Assembly: GCF_001194135.2 (NCBI RefSeq)
Contig: NC_068987.1
Span: 40,485,210 to 40,549,209, forward strand
From: Octopus bimaculoides
Lineage: Eukaryota
Direction of reading: 5' to 3'
Length of the DNA stretch: 64,000 bases
Shown: positions 40,330 through 53,121 of the stretch, piece after piece
Position numbering within the stretch: position 1 is the stretch's first letter
Layout: the number at the start of each line of letters is the position of its first letter
Notes under the pieces: model-generated
Database searches by the model: none
Told to the model about the DNA's origin: nothing
The model's input: only the letters and a program-made list of their open reading frames with translations
Made by a program: the position numbers and the translations under genes

Positions 40330-43300
40330 AAAAAGAAAAAGAAAATCTATATAACAAAAAAATACAACATATCAAAGACACCTGAGAGGTAAAAGAAAAA
40401 TCTAAGTAGGGCATAACAACAAAAACTTGCCTCAAATAACTGTATGAAAAATGCAAACATTTCTAACAAGAATATATAGAATTTAAAATAAACACATGTA
40501 GATTTTACAAAAACTTAAACAGAAAAAAAACAAGAACATACCAATAGGTGACATACCAACATCAGAAATTCAATCATACTAGGAAGGAATATGGAGCAAA
40601 CAAAAACAACACAACAAAAATGCTCAATAGATAAATAGGGAAAAGGAAAGGTAAAGCAAAAGAGCACCACAAACATGGCCCACTATCACAAACCAAGAGA
40701 TCACAGACATGCTGAGGTCTACCAGTAACTGGAAAATACCAGAGGTAGACAAGGTTCCCAATTTTTGGTTGAAACACCTTACCAGTACCCATATCCAATA
40801 GCAGCAGCATTTAACTTGATAATAAGCAAGCCAGATCAACACTGAACTGGATGCTGGAAGGACAAACCATTCTAATACCAAAAAACAAAAATATCATACA
40901 CCAACAAAATTATAGGCTAATAAACATGCCTATCAACAACTTATGAAACCCTCACATCAGTTATCTATAACCAATCTGTAACACACCTGGAAAACAACAG
41001 TGTTTTACCAGAAACAAAAGAGATGCTGGGAAGGGATGTATGGCTGTAAAGAGCAGCTACTGGTGAATGGAGCCATTATAGAGGACTGTAAAAAGAGAAA
41101 AACAAACCTCAGACTGACTTGTATTGACTACCAGAAGGCATTTGACAGTGTTTCACACTCATGGATACTGGAGTCTTTCCACACAAATAAAATAGCTCCC
41201 ACACTACTAAAAAATATCAGCCATGCAATAGCAATTTGGAAAACCAACAACATTGAAAAATGAGATAAAAACCATTAAAACCTGACCTTTTCCAAAGAGA
41301 CTCCTGGTCCCCACTGCTTTTCTGCCTTGCTCTGACCACATTAACAAACTTGTTAAATGAAACTACTATGGGTTACAAATGATATGGATGATTTTAAAAA
41401 TTTCACTAAGAAAATCACTGAACAAAAAAACCTTTTAAAAATTGTCCATAGTTTCATCAAGGACATCAGGATGAGCATGGGATTGGGCAAGTATGACAAA
41501 GCAACATTGAGAAGAGGCAAATTAACCAGCGCTGAAAACATTGCATGCAACATAGACACAGAAATTAGACAATTAAGCCATAATTGCCTGTATAAATTTC
41601 TAGGAATAAATGAAATAGCTAAAATACAACACACAGAAATGAAAGAGAAAATTAGAAGAGAATATTATAGAAAAATTAAAATAATATTAAACACTGAACT
41701 TGATGCTAAAAATAAGAAAGTAGGGATAAACACATTTGCTGTACCAGTCATAAATTATAGCTTCAACATAATAAACAGGAAGATTGGTGAATCGAGAAAC
41801 TTAGAAAAACCAGGAAGCTATTAGCAGTATAGCAAAGTCACTTCCCCAAAGCAGACACAGACAGAATATATCTTCTCTGCTCAGAAGGAGGTCATGGCCT
41901 GATACAAATAGAGAACTACTATAAAATAACAACTATTGGACTAGAAAAATACTTAAAAACAAAAAATGGATAGCTACTACATGTAATAAAGTAACACTAG
42001 AAAAGAAAACATTTTTCTCTATATGCAGGGAGGCAATAAAATACTAACTGAAACAAACTATGCTGAAACACCAATTTCAGATGACAACATGACAAAAATG
42101 ATAAAAGAGACAAAGAAAACAACATGAAAACAGAACTACAAACATACTAAAGAAGAAATGAAGAGAAAAATATCATTCCTTGGTCAATACACCACAAGAC
42201 TTGACATGCAAAGAAGTGAGCCTAAGTCATTGCCAACAATGGCTCAAAAGCTCTGAATTAAAAGCAGAAACAGGACTGATTCTTGCTACACGAGACCAAT
42301 GCGTGATCACAAACAACTATAAAAGCAAAATAATGAAAACAAGCCCCAACACCAAATGCAGAATGTGCAACCAGCACAACGGGACTGTTGACCACATCAT
42401 CTCTGGCAATCCAGTTCTAGCCAAATGTGAATATATGTATATATACCAGTAGTGACTCTGGCACTCCGGCTGTTTGGGCTTAGCCCAGGTATAAATTTAG
42501 TGAAGTGAACGTGTATTTGCCAGCTCATTTAATTTCCGTCAACATCGACTTCAACTATGTAATTTCAGCCATGGTCGCAACTCATTTATTTTCATCCAGC
42601 ATCTGGCGGTCGTCTTAGAGCTGCCCTGTGTCAAAAAATACTATTTGTAGCAGATGTTCTCTCAACATCATTCACACACACCTAACTTGGACTCAGAAGT
42701 AACAGCTCGAGTTGTTATCTATAATCGTAAAAATTAAAAGTAATTCAAATTCAATGTTTTCTTGAAACAATAAATTTCTACAGAGATTAGAATTTAAATT
42801 CCAATCTATGAAAAGTTTTTGTTCTAAAATATTCTTAAAGGAACGAAAAATTATTTAGCAACATGGGCTAATACAAACGAGCCTGGTAGGTGTAAAAGAC
42901 TAACTGGCATCTCTTGTCAAGAGTACAGGCAACAGTTAGATCACTGATATTTGTTGTGCACTCCACTGTTGCTATTCGATTGCTGTTATTCTGTGCATCT
43001 GTGTGTAAAGATCAGTTGTGTTTTGCAGGGTTGCTTTATTTTTACCCTTAACTTAGAAATGGAGAAAGACATAATGCTAGATATAAGAAATAAGCCATTT
43101 GAGGCTAGAAATGCTGCAGAAAAACATGAAATTCTTCGAGCAGGCATATCTTATGCAAAATCTGCGATGAGCCCGAGTGACGAAATCTGTGATGACCCCA
43201 AGTGATGTTGATGACCTGGAGTTGCCTCTGATATATACAGACATGATTAAGTGGTTATATCCACTGGGTAATATGCCAACACTACAACATAAAAACAAAC

Positions 43301-43740
43301 AAGAAATGGTATAAACATGTGCCAAACAAGGTACATGACAACAACCAGGCAACAACCATCTGGGATATGCCTGTTCAAACTGACCAAGAAAACATAATAA
43401 TCAAGGATTGGAAGAAAAAAACACTTGCTTAGTGATAAACATTGCAGTCTCTTCAGACCAAAATATTGCCCAAAAGTGGAGAAACTGTCAAATTATAAAG
43501 ATCTTGAAATTAGAATAGTCAAGATGTGGGGCATGAAGGTAAAAACACTACAAGTAATAACTGAAGCATTAGGTATGATAAAAAAATGTAGAAGTCATAC
43601 CTGGACCCACGACACCATACATTAATCAAAAAATAGCCTGACAAGGAATAGGCCGCATCCTAAGCAAGATGCTACCAATTCAATAGCACAACCCAAATAA
43701 AATAATCCACAAACACAAGATGCACTCAATACAGTAAATA
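40330..43740 (+). mobile_element. Decayed R4/Dong-like non-LTR retrotransposon (RT + zinc knuckle + restriction-like endonuclease)
   Basis: GCKEQLLVN...IDYQKAFDSVSHSWI, CRMCNQHNGTVDHIISG, and KLSNYKDLEIRIVKMWGMKVKT...ALG. Confidence 0.85.
42447..43230 (+). mobile_element. Non-autonomous hAT element (784 bp) inserted in the R4-like LINE
   Basis: 8-bp TSD ATATATAC at 42439-42446 and 43231-43238. Imperfect TIRs CAGTAGTGACTC / GAGTTGCCTCTG. Removing it restores the LINE frame EYMYIYRHD. Confidence 0.8.
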
Positions 43741-44130
43741 TTCAATAAAATAAACAACCCCCATAACACATACTCAGTAGATCAGATACAAAACAGAACA
43801 CAACCCACATTACACACAATGCAAACACTAATACAACAAAAGACTCAAGCTGAACCCCATAACAGATGTAGTACAATGCAGGAAAGTGTCTGTACTCCCC
43901 CAGTACCAACAAAAACAGGAACACACAATGCTGCACGCACCTCAAGAATATGGAGGGGTAACAAGTGATGCAGTAGAAATTTGCCTGAAACAATCAGATG
44001 TTGAATAATAACAACAATACTGTTAAGGTACATTATTACTAATTTATAAAGATTGATGTGATTCTTCACAAAGGTAAATAGACAATAAGAAGAACATGAT
44101 GCAATTTATAATAGATTGTTTATTTAACAG

Positions 44131-44175
44131 TTTGAACAATATTTCAACAGATTGACTGTCTTCTTCAGGTTCAAA
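44131..44175 (-). ncRNA. Minimal type I hammerhead ribozyme motif (PLE-type)
   Basis: Minus strand reads TTTGAAC CTGAAGA A GACAG-TCAAT-CTGTT GAAA T ATT GTTCAAA: perfect 7-bp stem I, 5-bp stem II, palindromic AUAU stem III, AUU triplet. Confidence 0.75.
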
Positions 44176-44384
44176 ATATGAGATCCTGTGTTTCTATTTA
44201 GATAGAATGGCATCATCTGTTTTTACTTTCATAACTGGTAAAAGGAAAAAGAAGAAAAAAGAAAAATAGGAAGAATATTTAGTTGTGTAAATTCACCTGT
44301 CATTTTATTCATTCCTCCAGGGCGTGATGTTAGTAATTCACAAATATATTTGTCCACATGCATTTTGAGGATTAAAAGTGTAGT

Positions 44385-44946
44385 TTGACATCCCCAACAA
44401 TTTTTGATATTGCCATGGGATCTAGTGATCTGGCCCAGGTCACTGCTCTCATTGGTATCTATCTCCTACACTGTCTCAAGGATATATTTCCTAATCTTCA
44501 TAGTGGTATGTACAGGGATGACACTTTATTTGTTATCTCTAATAATAGTAAATTTTTTTTTTTAAATTATATCCTAGAATTAATTTTTGAATGCAATAGT
44601 TAATTTCTTAGACATAACACTAGACCTTAAATCTGGTTTGTATTACCCCTATGGAAAACTGCATGAAATTACGTGTATTAACCAATTATTCAATCATCAC
44701 CCTTGTGTGATAAAATCATTGGTAAAGGGAATATCTGATAGGATAACACAACTCTATGCTAGTGTGGATGTATTTTATAAATATGCCCATTATAACTCTG
44801 ATCTATCTAAAGCAGACTATAGGCAAAATATTCTGTTCGCTTCCATGGTTGATAGGGTAACTTATTGTGGTACATTAGTAAATCAGCAACTAAGTAATGG
44901 TAGATCTGAATCTGAGGTGATACTAGGTATTAGCAATATTAACTAA
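44385..44946 (+). mobile_element. Penelope-like RT fragment
   Basis: FDIAMGSSD..., GMYRDDTL, VNFLDITLDL and NHHPCVIKSLVKGISDRI are PLE RT motifs. Confidence 0.8.
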
Positions 44947-45180
44947 TGCAATGACTTGCTTAAACTGGATTCTTTTCAATTATAGCAAGCATTTTGCATA
45001 GTGGTTGGATCGAGACGAAGTGCCAAAATACAATCCAGAATTTTTTCAGAAATTTTTCTTTTTTGAAAAATGACGTACAAATGTAAACAATCATTCAGGA
45101 AGTTGACTCATTTAATGTCATAATACTTTTTACAGAAAAAATATAATGAAGTTGACGTTTATTTATGCTGGAAGGTATAA

Positions 45181-45393
45181 TACTCTTTTACTCTCTTTTA
45201 CTTGTTTCAGTCATTTGACTGTGGCCATGCTGGAGCACCACCTTTAGTCAAGCAAATCAACCCCAGGACTTATTCTTTGTAAGCCTAGTACTTATTCTAT
45301 CGGTCACTTTTGTTGAACTGCTAAGTGACGAGGACATAAGCACACCAGCATTGGTTGTCAAGCAATGCTAGGGAGACAAACACAGACACACAA

Positions 45394-45448
<55 letters not shown>

Positions 45449-45611
45449 TACGATGGGCTTCTTTCAGTTTCCGTCTACCAAATCCACTCACAAGGTTTTG
45501 GTCGGCCCGAGGTTATAGTAGAAGACACTTGCCCAAGATGCCACGCTGTGGGACTGAACCCGGAACCATGTGATTGGTAAGCAAGCTACTTACCACACAG
45601 CCACTCCTGCA
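45181..45611 (-). mobile_element. tRNA-derived SINE; related copies at about 14770-14835, 20075-20170, 26270-26605, 33420-33780, 56160-56215, 62500-62700 and 63490-63730
   Basis: Minus-strand head GCAGGAGTGGCTGTGTGGTAAGTAGC...GGTTCCGGGTTCAGTCCC has A/B-box-like motifs, followed by a CTTGGGCAAGTG core-like segment, an internal (CA)(TA) tract and an AAAGAGTA tail. Repeated many times in the window. Confidence 0.8.
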
Positions 45612-46789
45612 CCTTTTTCTGCTTACTTTTTCAGTATAAATTTGCTAAAACCATTAAATGGTTAACTACTTTTTGATGTTTGACATTCATGTTGGTAATG
45701 ACAGTCCTATCGCAATGGCGCCCAGCAATTTCCTTAAACAGATCAGTTTTTTTCCACTTAAGAAGTCTAGCTTGCATTTACCTCCAGGAAGCTATTGCTC
45801 ACTTTCTCTGCATTAGGACAATGAAATTCATCACCACCGACATCGTCACTACTAGCTCTTACTGCACCTAACACCGACATCATAATTCGTCCTTGTGCAT
45901 GTAAACTCCTCACTTACTGAATATCACTTAGCATTCCTACAGAAACCTTCATTTACCTTATACGATGTTTAATGTTTCACATTTATTTTGAATTATGCAG
46001 TTCTCTTCATAGAACACTTGTAATGTACGCATTACCTGTTCTTTTGGTTTAGTAAATTTTTGCTATTATTGTTCATGTCTCCTTAAAGACGTGTATATTC
46101 TAACAAGTCGCTGCTTAAATTTCGCACCTCTCTTGTTCAATAAACACTGAGTTAAACTTGCAAAGCTGTTCATTTTCTCCTTTTGATTTTTAATGTTTAT
46201 TTTAGCGGGCTACCAAAATGTCAGTTTGATCTCTTGGCTAAAATGGTAATGACAAATTTTAAAGTTTGCTTGACATTTTATAAGTGTGAATGGGGTTGAA
46301 ATTTCAATACTCTGTATTAAAGATTCTGATAAGAATAGATAGAAAATCAGAGATTGAGACAAGAAGACACTTTCGACCAATCAGAATTCAGTTTGATCAG
46401 TCTCCTTCCTCTGTTGGTTGAGTAAAGTGTCATCCAAGCTGATGTTTATTGGTAATTAAACTTATTTTGCAACACTTGTGCGTATTTATCGGCTTTGTTT
46501 TTGTTGATAAGAATTATCAACAGCTTTTTCTGTGATCATGATTTGAGAAGACATAGAGAAGTATGCTAAAGATCAGACATAATTTCTTGTGGGCAAGAAA
46601 TGTAAAATAAAGTTTATTATAAACAACACAGACACTTCATAATTTAATAGCTTTCAATGTGATACTTGGTAAATAGAAATCATGTTTTATTTGATGAAAA
46701 TTTGATAAAATCTAATACGTAAGTGAAATTATGCTAAATACAACTAAATTGAAAACCTTTTCCCCCTAGCCATATCGGCAATTATGAAA

Positions 46790-47320
46790 ACTTTTGGGTG
46801 CAAATTTTACACAAGTAAAAGCTTTTTTAAACAATTTTTATCCTGAAAGTCACCTGTGTAAATTACAGAGGTGCACAAATTACATGGGCTTTTATGGTAA
46901 ACAACCGAAATTGGTCAAAAGAAGCAGGCCAATTCTCTTGCAAGACAATGCTCAATCACATGTTGCACAAAGAACACTATTCAAGTTACAGGAACTGAAC
47001 TTGGAAGTACTCTGTCATCCACCATATTCACCAGACCTTGCACTAACAGACAAGCACATTTTCCAGGCATTAGACAACTTTTTGCAAGGAAAAAAATTTC
47101 AAATCTGAAGAAGATGCAAAAACAGCCTTTCGTGATTTTATCACCTCTTGTTCTCCAGAATTATTTGCTGCTAGCATAAATAAGCTACCAATAAAATGGC
47201 AAAATTGTGTTGATAATTTAGGTGCATACTTTGATTAGCTGCATTGCTTTTTGTTCAGATAAAGTAAAATAAACTTTCAGTTCAAAATTGGACATTTCAT
47301 TCATAATGACCTGATGTATA
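46790..47320 (+). mobile_element. Mariner transposase 3' fragment
   Basis: ILLQDNAQSHVAQ...HPPYSPDLALTDKHIFQALDNFL (mariner QDNA.PH and YSPDLAP.D motifs). Confidence 0.9.
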
Positions 47321-47729
47321 TTAATATTTTCTTTATATTCTTTTACCTTGATAATTTTTTATAACTTTTTCTTTTTTACATATATACAGGTGTGTTTTAT
47401 TTGTATATTAATTCTTTATTGACTGTATTCTTTATGTATATTTTTATAAATTTAAAATATTTTTATTGTATATCTTTATTTAAACTAATTATTCATTTGA
47501 TATGGAAAGTCATTCATCATTTGATTTATTTACTTTGCCTTTGATTTTTACTCTTCTCCTTCTGGTGCCCATTTGCTCTGATTCTATGAACCCTTTATGC
47601 TTATGTAACTGTGACACAAATGTGGATCAGTTGAAAATATATTAGAAGTGCTGCTTGTAAGTAAGTGTACACATACAGGTATGGACATCTGTAAGTTATT
47701 GTATGCACAGCTATGTATATGTCTGTGTA

Positions 47730-48612
47730 TCATCATCATCATCATCATCATCATCATTATCATCAAAAGTCTGTTGTCCATGCTGGCATGGGTTGGATGG
47801 TTTGACCAGGGCTGGTAAGCTGAGGGGCTGCACCAGATTCCAGTCTATTTGGCATGGTTTCTATGGCTGGGGGCCCTTCCTAACACCAACCACTCCAAGA
47901 GTGTAATGGGTGCTTTGACAAGCCACTGGCATAGGTGCCAGTTGTGTGACACCAGTATCTGCCATGACTACGATTTCACTTGGCTTGATGGATCTGCCTT
48001 CTCAAGCACAGCATATTGCCAAAGGTCTCACCATGAAGCCCAGTGCTTGAAAGGTGCTTTTTACATGCTACCAACACAGTTACTAGTTCTGTGACACCAG
48101 CATTGGCTACATTGCCTCCATGAGACCCAACACTTGAAAGTGCTTTTTACATGCCACCAGCATGGGTGCCTGTTATGTGACACAGACAATAGCCGCAAGT
48201 ATAATTTCACTTGGTTTCATACATCTTTGCAAGCACAGCATATTGCCAAATGTCTCAGTCACAAGTCATTGCCTCCATGAGGCCCAGGGTTCAAAGATCA
48301 TGCTTCACCACCTCATCCCATGTCTTTCTGGGTCTCCCTCTTCCACAGCTTCCTTTCGCTGGTACAGATTGGCACTTCTTCACACAGCTTACCACATCCA
48401 TATGCATCACATGACCATACCAACACAGTTGTCTCTCTTACACACCACATCTTATGCCTCATATGCACTTGTACCATGAATTCTTTGCTATATTAGTTGC
48501 CAACCATCACCCTACTGACAGCATCCCTGTACATGGTTTGTACAGCTCTCACCAAACACTCGTCTACCCCTAGTTTTCACATTGACCATCAGATAAGGGA
48601 TCGAAGGACTTT
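47730..48612 (-). mobile_element. RTE LINE 3' fragment with an internal deletion
   Basis: A (CAT)n tail and the same 3' UTR as the other RTE copies; the RT segment GVDECLVRAV at about 48540-48570. Confidence 0.75.
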
Positions 48613-48776
48613 GTGCATGCGTGTGTGTTTGTGTGTATGTGTATGTTTCCTTTCTCCCCCTCTCTCTACCTCTTCCTCTCTCGCTCTCTCAAACGCATAC
48701 ACGTGCAAGTACACAATCATTCAGTAAAATATAATTCATGTTCATCAATGTTTTGTAAATATACCACGATTTTCAC

Positions 48777-48840
48777 TAGGGTGTTGGGTTAAGGTTACGG
48801 TTAGGGTTAGGATTAGTGTTACGGTTACGGTTTTAGGGTC

Positions 48841-48872
<32 letters not shown>

Positions 48873-48981
48873 CGGTTACGATTAGTGTTACGGTTATGGT
48901 TTTAGGGTCAGGGTTAGGGTTTTAGGGTTTAGGGTTAATGTTAGGGTTAGTGTTAGGATTAGGTTTAGGATTAGGGTTGGG
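48777..48981 (+). repeat. Interstitial degenerate telomeric-type (TTAGGG)n array
   Basis: TTAGGG units mixed with TTACGG, TTAGGA, TTAGTG and TCAGGG variants. Confidence 0.9.
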
Positions 48982-50368
48982 TAATCGTGTGGGTGTTAAT
49001 CTGAAAAATTACAGATATGTGAAAAGTACCGACACTGCCATCTATTATAACTTTTGTTGTTCTGTTTAATATATACATAGATTATGCCTCCAAAGAAGAG
49101 AGTTTGCTGGGGGAAGAAAGCAACCGGTTTAAAATGACAGCAACAGACTGCAGCAATTCACCACATTCCAGAAGCTACTTTAAACATAATGCAAAATGGT
49201 GCATGAACATATTCTGCCCAATCTGATAGAATTCTGGCAAAACTGTGTACAAACAGATCGCCAGCAATTGTTTCATCACAAATTGCCGTCCTAGCTCCTG
49301 CGAAAAGGGATTACCCTGCTATGTATAATCAGGGCAGTGCAAAAAGTTGTTTTGCACAAGCATTTCTATAGACGGATGATATTTATGTACGCTTAATAAT
49401 GTTACGTAAAACAGCCTTCAGACTTTCCCTNNNNNNNNNNNNNNNNNNNNNNNNNNNNNNNNNNNNNNNNNNNNNNNNNNNNNNNNNNNNNNNNNNNNNN
49501 NNNNNNNNNNNNNNNNNNNNNNNNNNNNNNATGTGTTTAAAGTTTGAGAACTGTATGAATCTGAGGGGAGAAGGCTTGAGTTTAGTGGGCCATTCATTTT
49601 TTTTTCTTTTCTATTTAATGTTGTCTTTTCATATTTTCAAGTCATGTAAAAACATAAACACACTATACGATAATGTAATCAGTATGCGTGCGCACAACGA
49701 CTGGAAGTTATGGGATCTAGTACCGAAAGATCGCTGCTTTCCCTTATCATTTATAAGGGTGGAGAGGAGGAAAAGTTTTTTAAATCCCCATCAAAACAGA
49801 AAATTCAACTAATGTATGTGTGCTTTTCCCAATGGCACCTAAGTCATTCTATTGTGAAAATTACCTGGCAGCGACAGGATACTTAGGTTGTGTGTGTATC
49901 TAAATTTATGTCTATATAGAAACACACTCACATATCGATATATAAGGGATCGAAGTGTAGGAAGTTAGTAAGCTTGAAGCTGTTGGTGGCAGATAGAGAA
50001 AACAAAAGGTGTATAGTGAATACATATATATATATACTAATGACTTGCAGGAACACGGTATTTTGTTTTGCAACCATAATATACTATAAATTATATTAAA
50101 CATTTTTATAAGTCAATACCATGTTCTACTGTGTTAGCATTGTTTGTTACAATGTTCTGTATCCGAAACAAATAATGAGATTGAAGATTGATCTCATTGT
50201 ATACATCTGATATCTCGGAGACAAAATGTCATAACAAAAATCAGTGTTGGCTATAATTTCTGTAGAATATCTGTAGAGATTAATCTTAACAAGTAATGTA
50301 AACTGCACTGTTAACACAGCAGAACACAGTGTTGACTTATAAAAACGTTTAATATACTTTATAGGATA

Positions 50369-51704
50369 CTAGCAGAAATACCCGGCGTTGCCCGGGTTAA
50401 AGAAAATAATGAAATCTAAAAACGCCGTCTAGACTACGCATCATCTTTATATATAGAGATGTATATACACACACGCACCCAAACACACGTATATATATGT
50501 ATATCAATATAAATATATGAAAGTCAATGAAGTTTCGTAAAAGAACGTGATCATGTACATACTTTCTTGCTGTTGTGATTATAACGCCTCATTGTAAACT
50601 ATGTTCCTTGTTTTCCCTTGTGGAGCATATACAAATAGGTTTTTTGTTGCTGCNNNNNNNNNNNNNNNNNNNNNNNNNNNNNNNNNNNNNNNNNNNNNNN
50701 NNNNNNNNNNNNNNNNNNNNNNNNNNNNNNNNNNNNNNNNNNNNNNNNNNNNNNNNNNNNNNNNNNNNNNNNNNNNNNNNNNNNNNNNNNNNNNNNNNNN
50801 NNNNNNNNNNNNNNNNNNNNNNNNNNNNNNNNNNNNNNNNNNNNNNNNNNNNNNNNNNNNNNNNNNNNNNNNNNNNNNNNNNNNNNNNNNNNNNNNNNNN
50901 NNNNNNNNNNNNNNNNNNNNNNNNNNNNNNNNNNNNNNNNNNNNNNNNNNNNNNNNNNNNNNNNNNNNNNNNNNNNNNNNNNNNNNNNNNNNNNNNNNNN
51001 NNNNNNNNNNNNNNNNNNNNNNNNNNNNNNNNNNNNNNNNNNNNNNNNNNNNNNNNNNNNNNNNNNNNNNNNNNNNNNNNNNNNNNNNNNNNNNNNNNNN
51101 NNNNNNNNNNNNNNNNNNNNNNNNNNNNNNNNNNNNNNNNNNNNNNNNNNNNNNNNNNNNNNNNNNNNNNNNNNNNNNNNNNNNNNNNNNNNNNNNNNNN
51201 NNNNNNNNNNNNNNNNNNNNNNNNNNNNNNNNNNNNNNNNNNNNNNNNNNNNNNNNNNNNNNNNNNNNNNNNNNNNNNNNNNNNNNNNNNNNNNNNNNNN
51301 NNNNNNNNNNNNNNNNNNNNNATGTATACATATACATCTCTCTCTCTCTCTTTCTGTCTCTCTCTTTCTCTCTTTCTCTCTCTGTAAAAGTATCTGTCAC
51401 TACAGTATCGAAATGTGATTGTTTCAGTTAGTGGAATAGTTTCATTTTTAAAGTGAAAGTATTTGACATGAGTGTTTTTGTTTCACTTTTGACACGTAAT
51501 ACTTAAATAGTGGAGGAGATATTATGTTGCCGTGTGCTCGAACTCTGCAAGAAGTTAATAATTTTTTTTGACTAAAACACAACTGGAACCCTAAGTAAGG
51601 CATGTGTAAAATTTGAATGAAATTGGTTGCGTAGTTCTCGAGTTTTAGGGATTCACACAGACAGACAGACAGACACACATTCTCATTTTTATATATGTAG
51701 AAGA
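50369..51704 (-). mobile_element. Non-autonomous Helitron spanning a gap
   Basis: Minus-strand 5' end A|TCTTCTACATATATAAAAATG followed by (GTCT)n. 3' end ACCCGGGCAACGCCGGGT hairpin + ATTTCTGCTAG|T. The flanks rejoin to match the uninterrupted repeat copy at about 34255-34300. Confidence 0.8.
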
Positions 51705-52179
51705 TTATGGTTGCATAACAAAATATCGCATACCTACAAGTTGTTATGCCTACCCACCTTCCACCACCACCACCAACATTTTAATTTGTACATGAACTGT
51801 TTCACCTGACAACTCATACACTCCTCCTGTGCTGTGTGTGGAAGTACATATTTTGTTTATTCCCTTATACCTTCATTCAGGCACTGTGATGAGTGTTGTA
51901 TACTGTTAAAGGTACCTCATATATAAATATTTAGACATATAATATTTAAATCGTCCTATGTAGCCATCCTATCCTCTCTTCCAGGTCAACCTATATTCCC
52001 TATTCTTATACCCTCCTCATCCTTTGTTGGCTCTTGCTCTGGATAGTGTATGGAATGGGGAAAACTGTGATTCATTGTAATTCACTGAATAAAATATGTA
52101 CTAAAGCTCTATGCTAGCTGGCAAGCGTTTATGCAGATCTTCTTTTCAGGTGATGACAAAAGTTCCACAACTACTTTCC

Positions 52180-52670
52180 AACTATCACTCCCAAGCACAA
52201 TGAAAGGAAGGAATGGGGAGATTATTGAAATGTTGGAGTGGCACCACATTGATTTGCATGGGGTGCAAGAAGTAAAATGGAGGGGAGCCTCAGCTAGATT
52301 CCTCACATGTAACAGACAGAGATTCAAATTCTTCTGGGTAGGCAGGAGAGATGGAGTGGATGGTGTAGGCATACTGTGAGCAGAAAAGTAGGTAGATAAG
52401 GCAATTGAAGTAGTCAGAACATGTGATAGGGTAATTAAGATGAGACTTATAGATAAATTAACAGTTACACTTATCTCTGCCTATGCTCCTCAGTCTGGAC
52501 TGGCTGATGAGCAGAAGGACCGACTCTATGAGGTCCTTTTGCAGACTACCTCAACAACAAATGACAGAGACCTTGTTATTGTGGCTGGTGACTTCAACGG
52601 ACATGTTGAACAGATTCCCCATGGATTTCAGTGAGTGCATGGCTTTGGACCTAAAAATGAGGAGGGAACA
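52180..52670 (+). mobile_element. RTE LINE endonuclease fragment
   Basis: VQEVKWRGASARFL, LISAYAPQSGL, VAGDFNGHV. Confidence 0.85.
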
Positions 52671-53121
52671 AACTACATTTCTACATCTCTTCTTTTCCTC
52701 ACATTTCCTCCTTTACGCACTATACTTACCTCTCACTCTCCAATCCTGTCCTCATGGCCCTGTTTCTCTGTATCATTGCTATCCAGTAGCCCCTCCCCAC
52801 TCTATATACCCAAGTTTTCACCACTTACTGCAATCCCCTTCCTCACTTTCTACTCACGCTTCTTTGGCAATTGACCTTCAAACCTCAGGGGTATGCCCTG
52901 GCACTTGCCACCATCTCTCTCTCTCTTCTCTTATTCAACCATCCCATTTATATTCTGATCCCCATCCCTTGTGAGTATGCCCAGCACTTTGCCATTATCC
53001 CTATCCTGCTGTCTCCTACTCTCTTTCTCTTTCTCCTGCTCTTCCTTCATATCTCTTTTACAGCAGCTCACCTGTTTCTATCCTCATTCCTGATCTCTCT
53101 CTCTCCCTCTCTGGCCAGGTA

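Noticed and set aside
45700-46520. CpG-retaining stretch of unknown origin
   Set aside because: No recognisable motif, termini or open frame; probably an unclassified TE fragment.
48593-49955. 14-bp direct repeat ATAAGGGATCGAAG at 48593 and 49942 as a possible TSD
   Set aside because: The left copy is part of the RTE LINE, which continues past it, and the right copy is not followed by LINE sequence.
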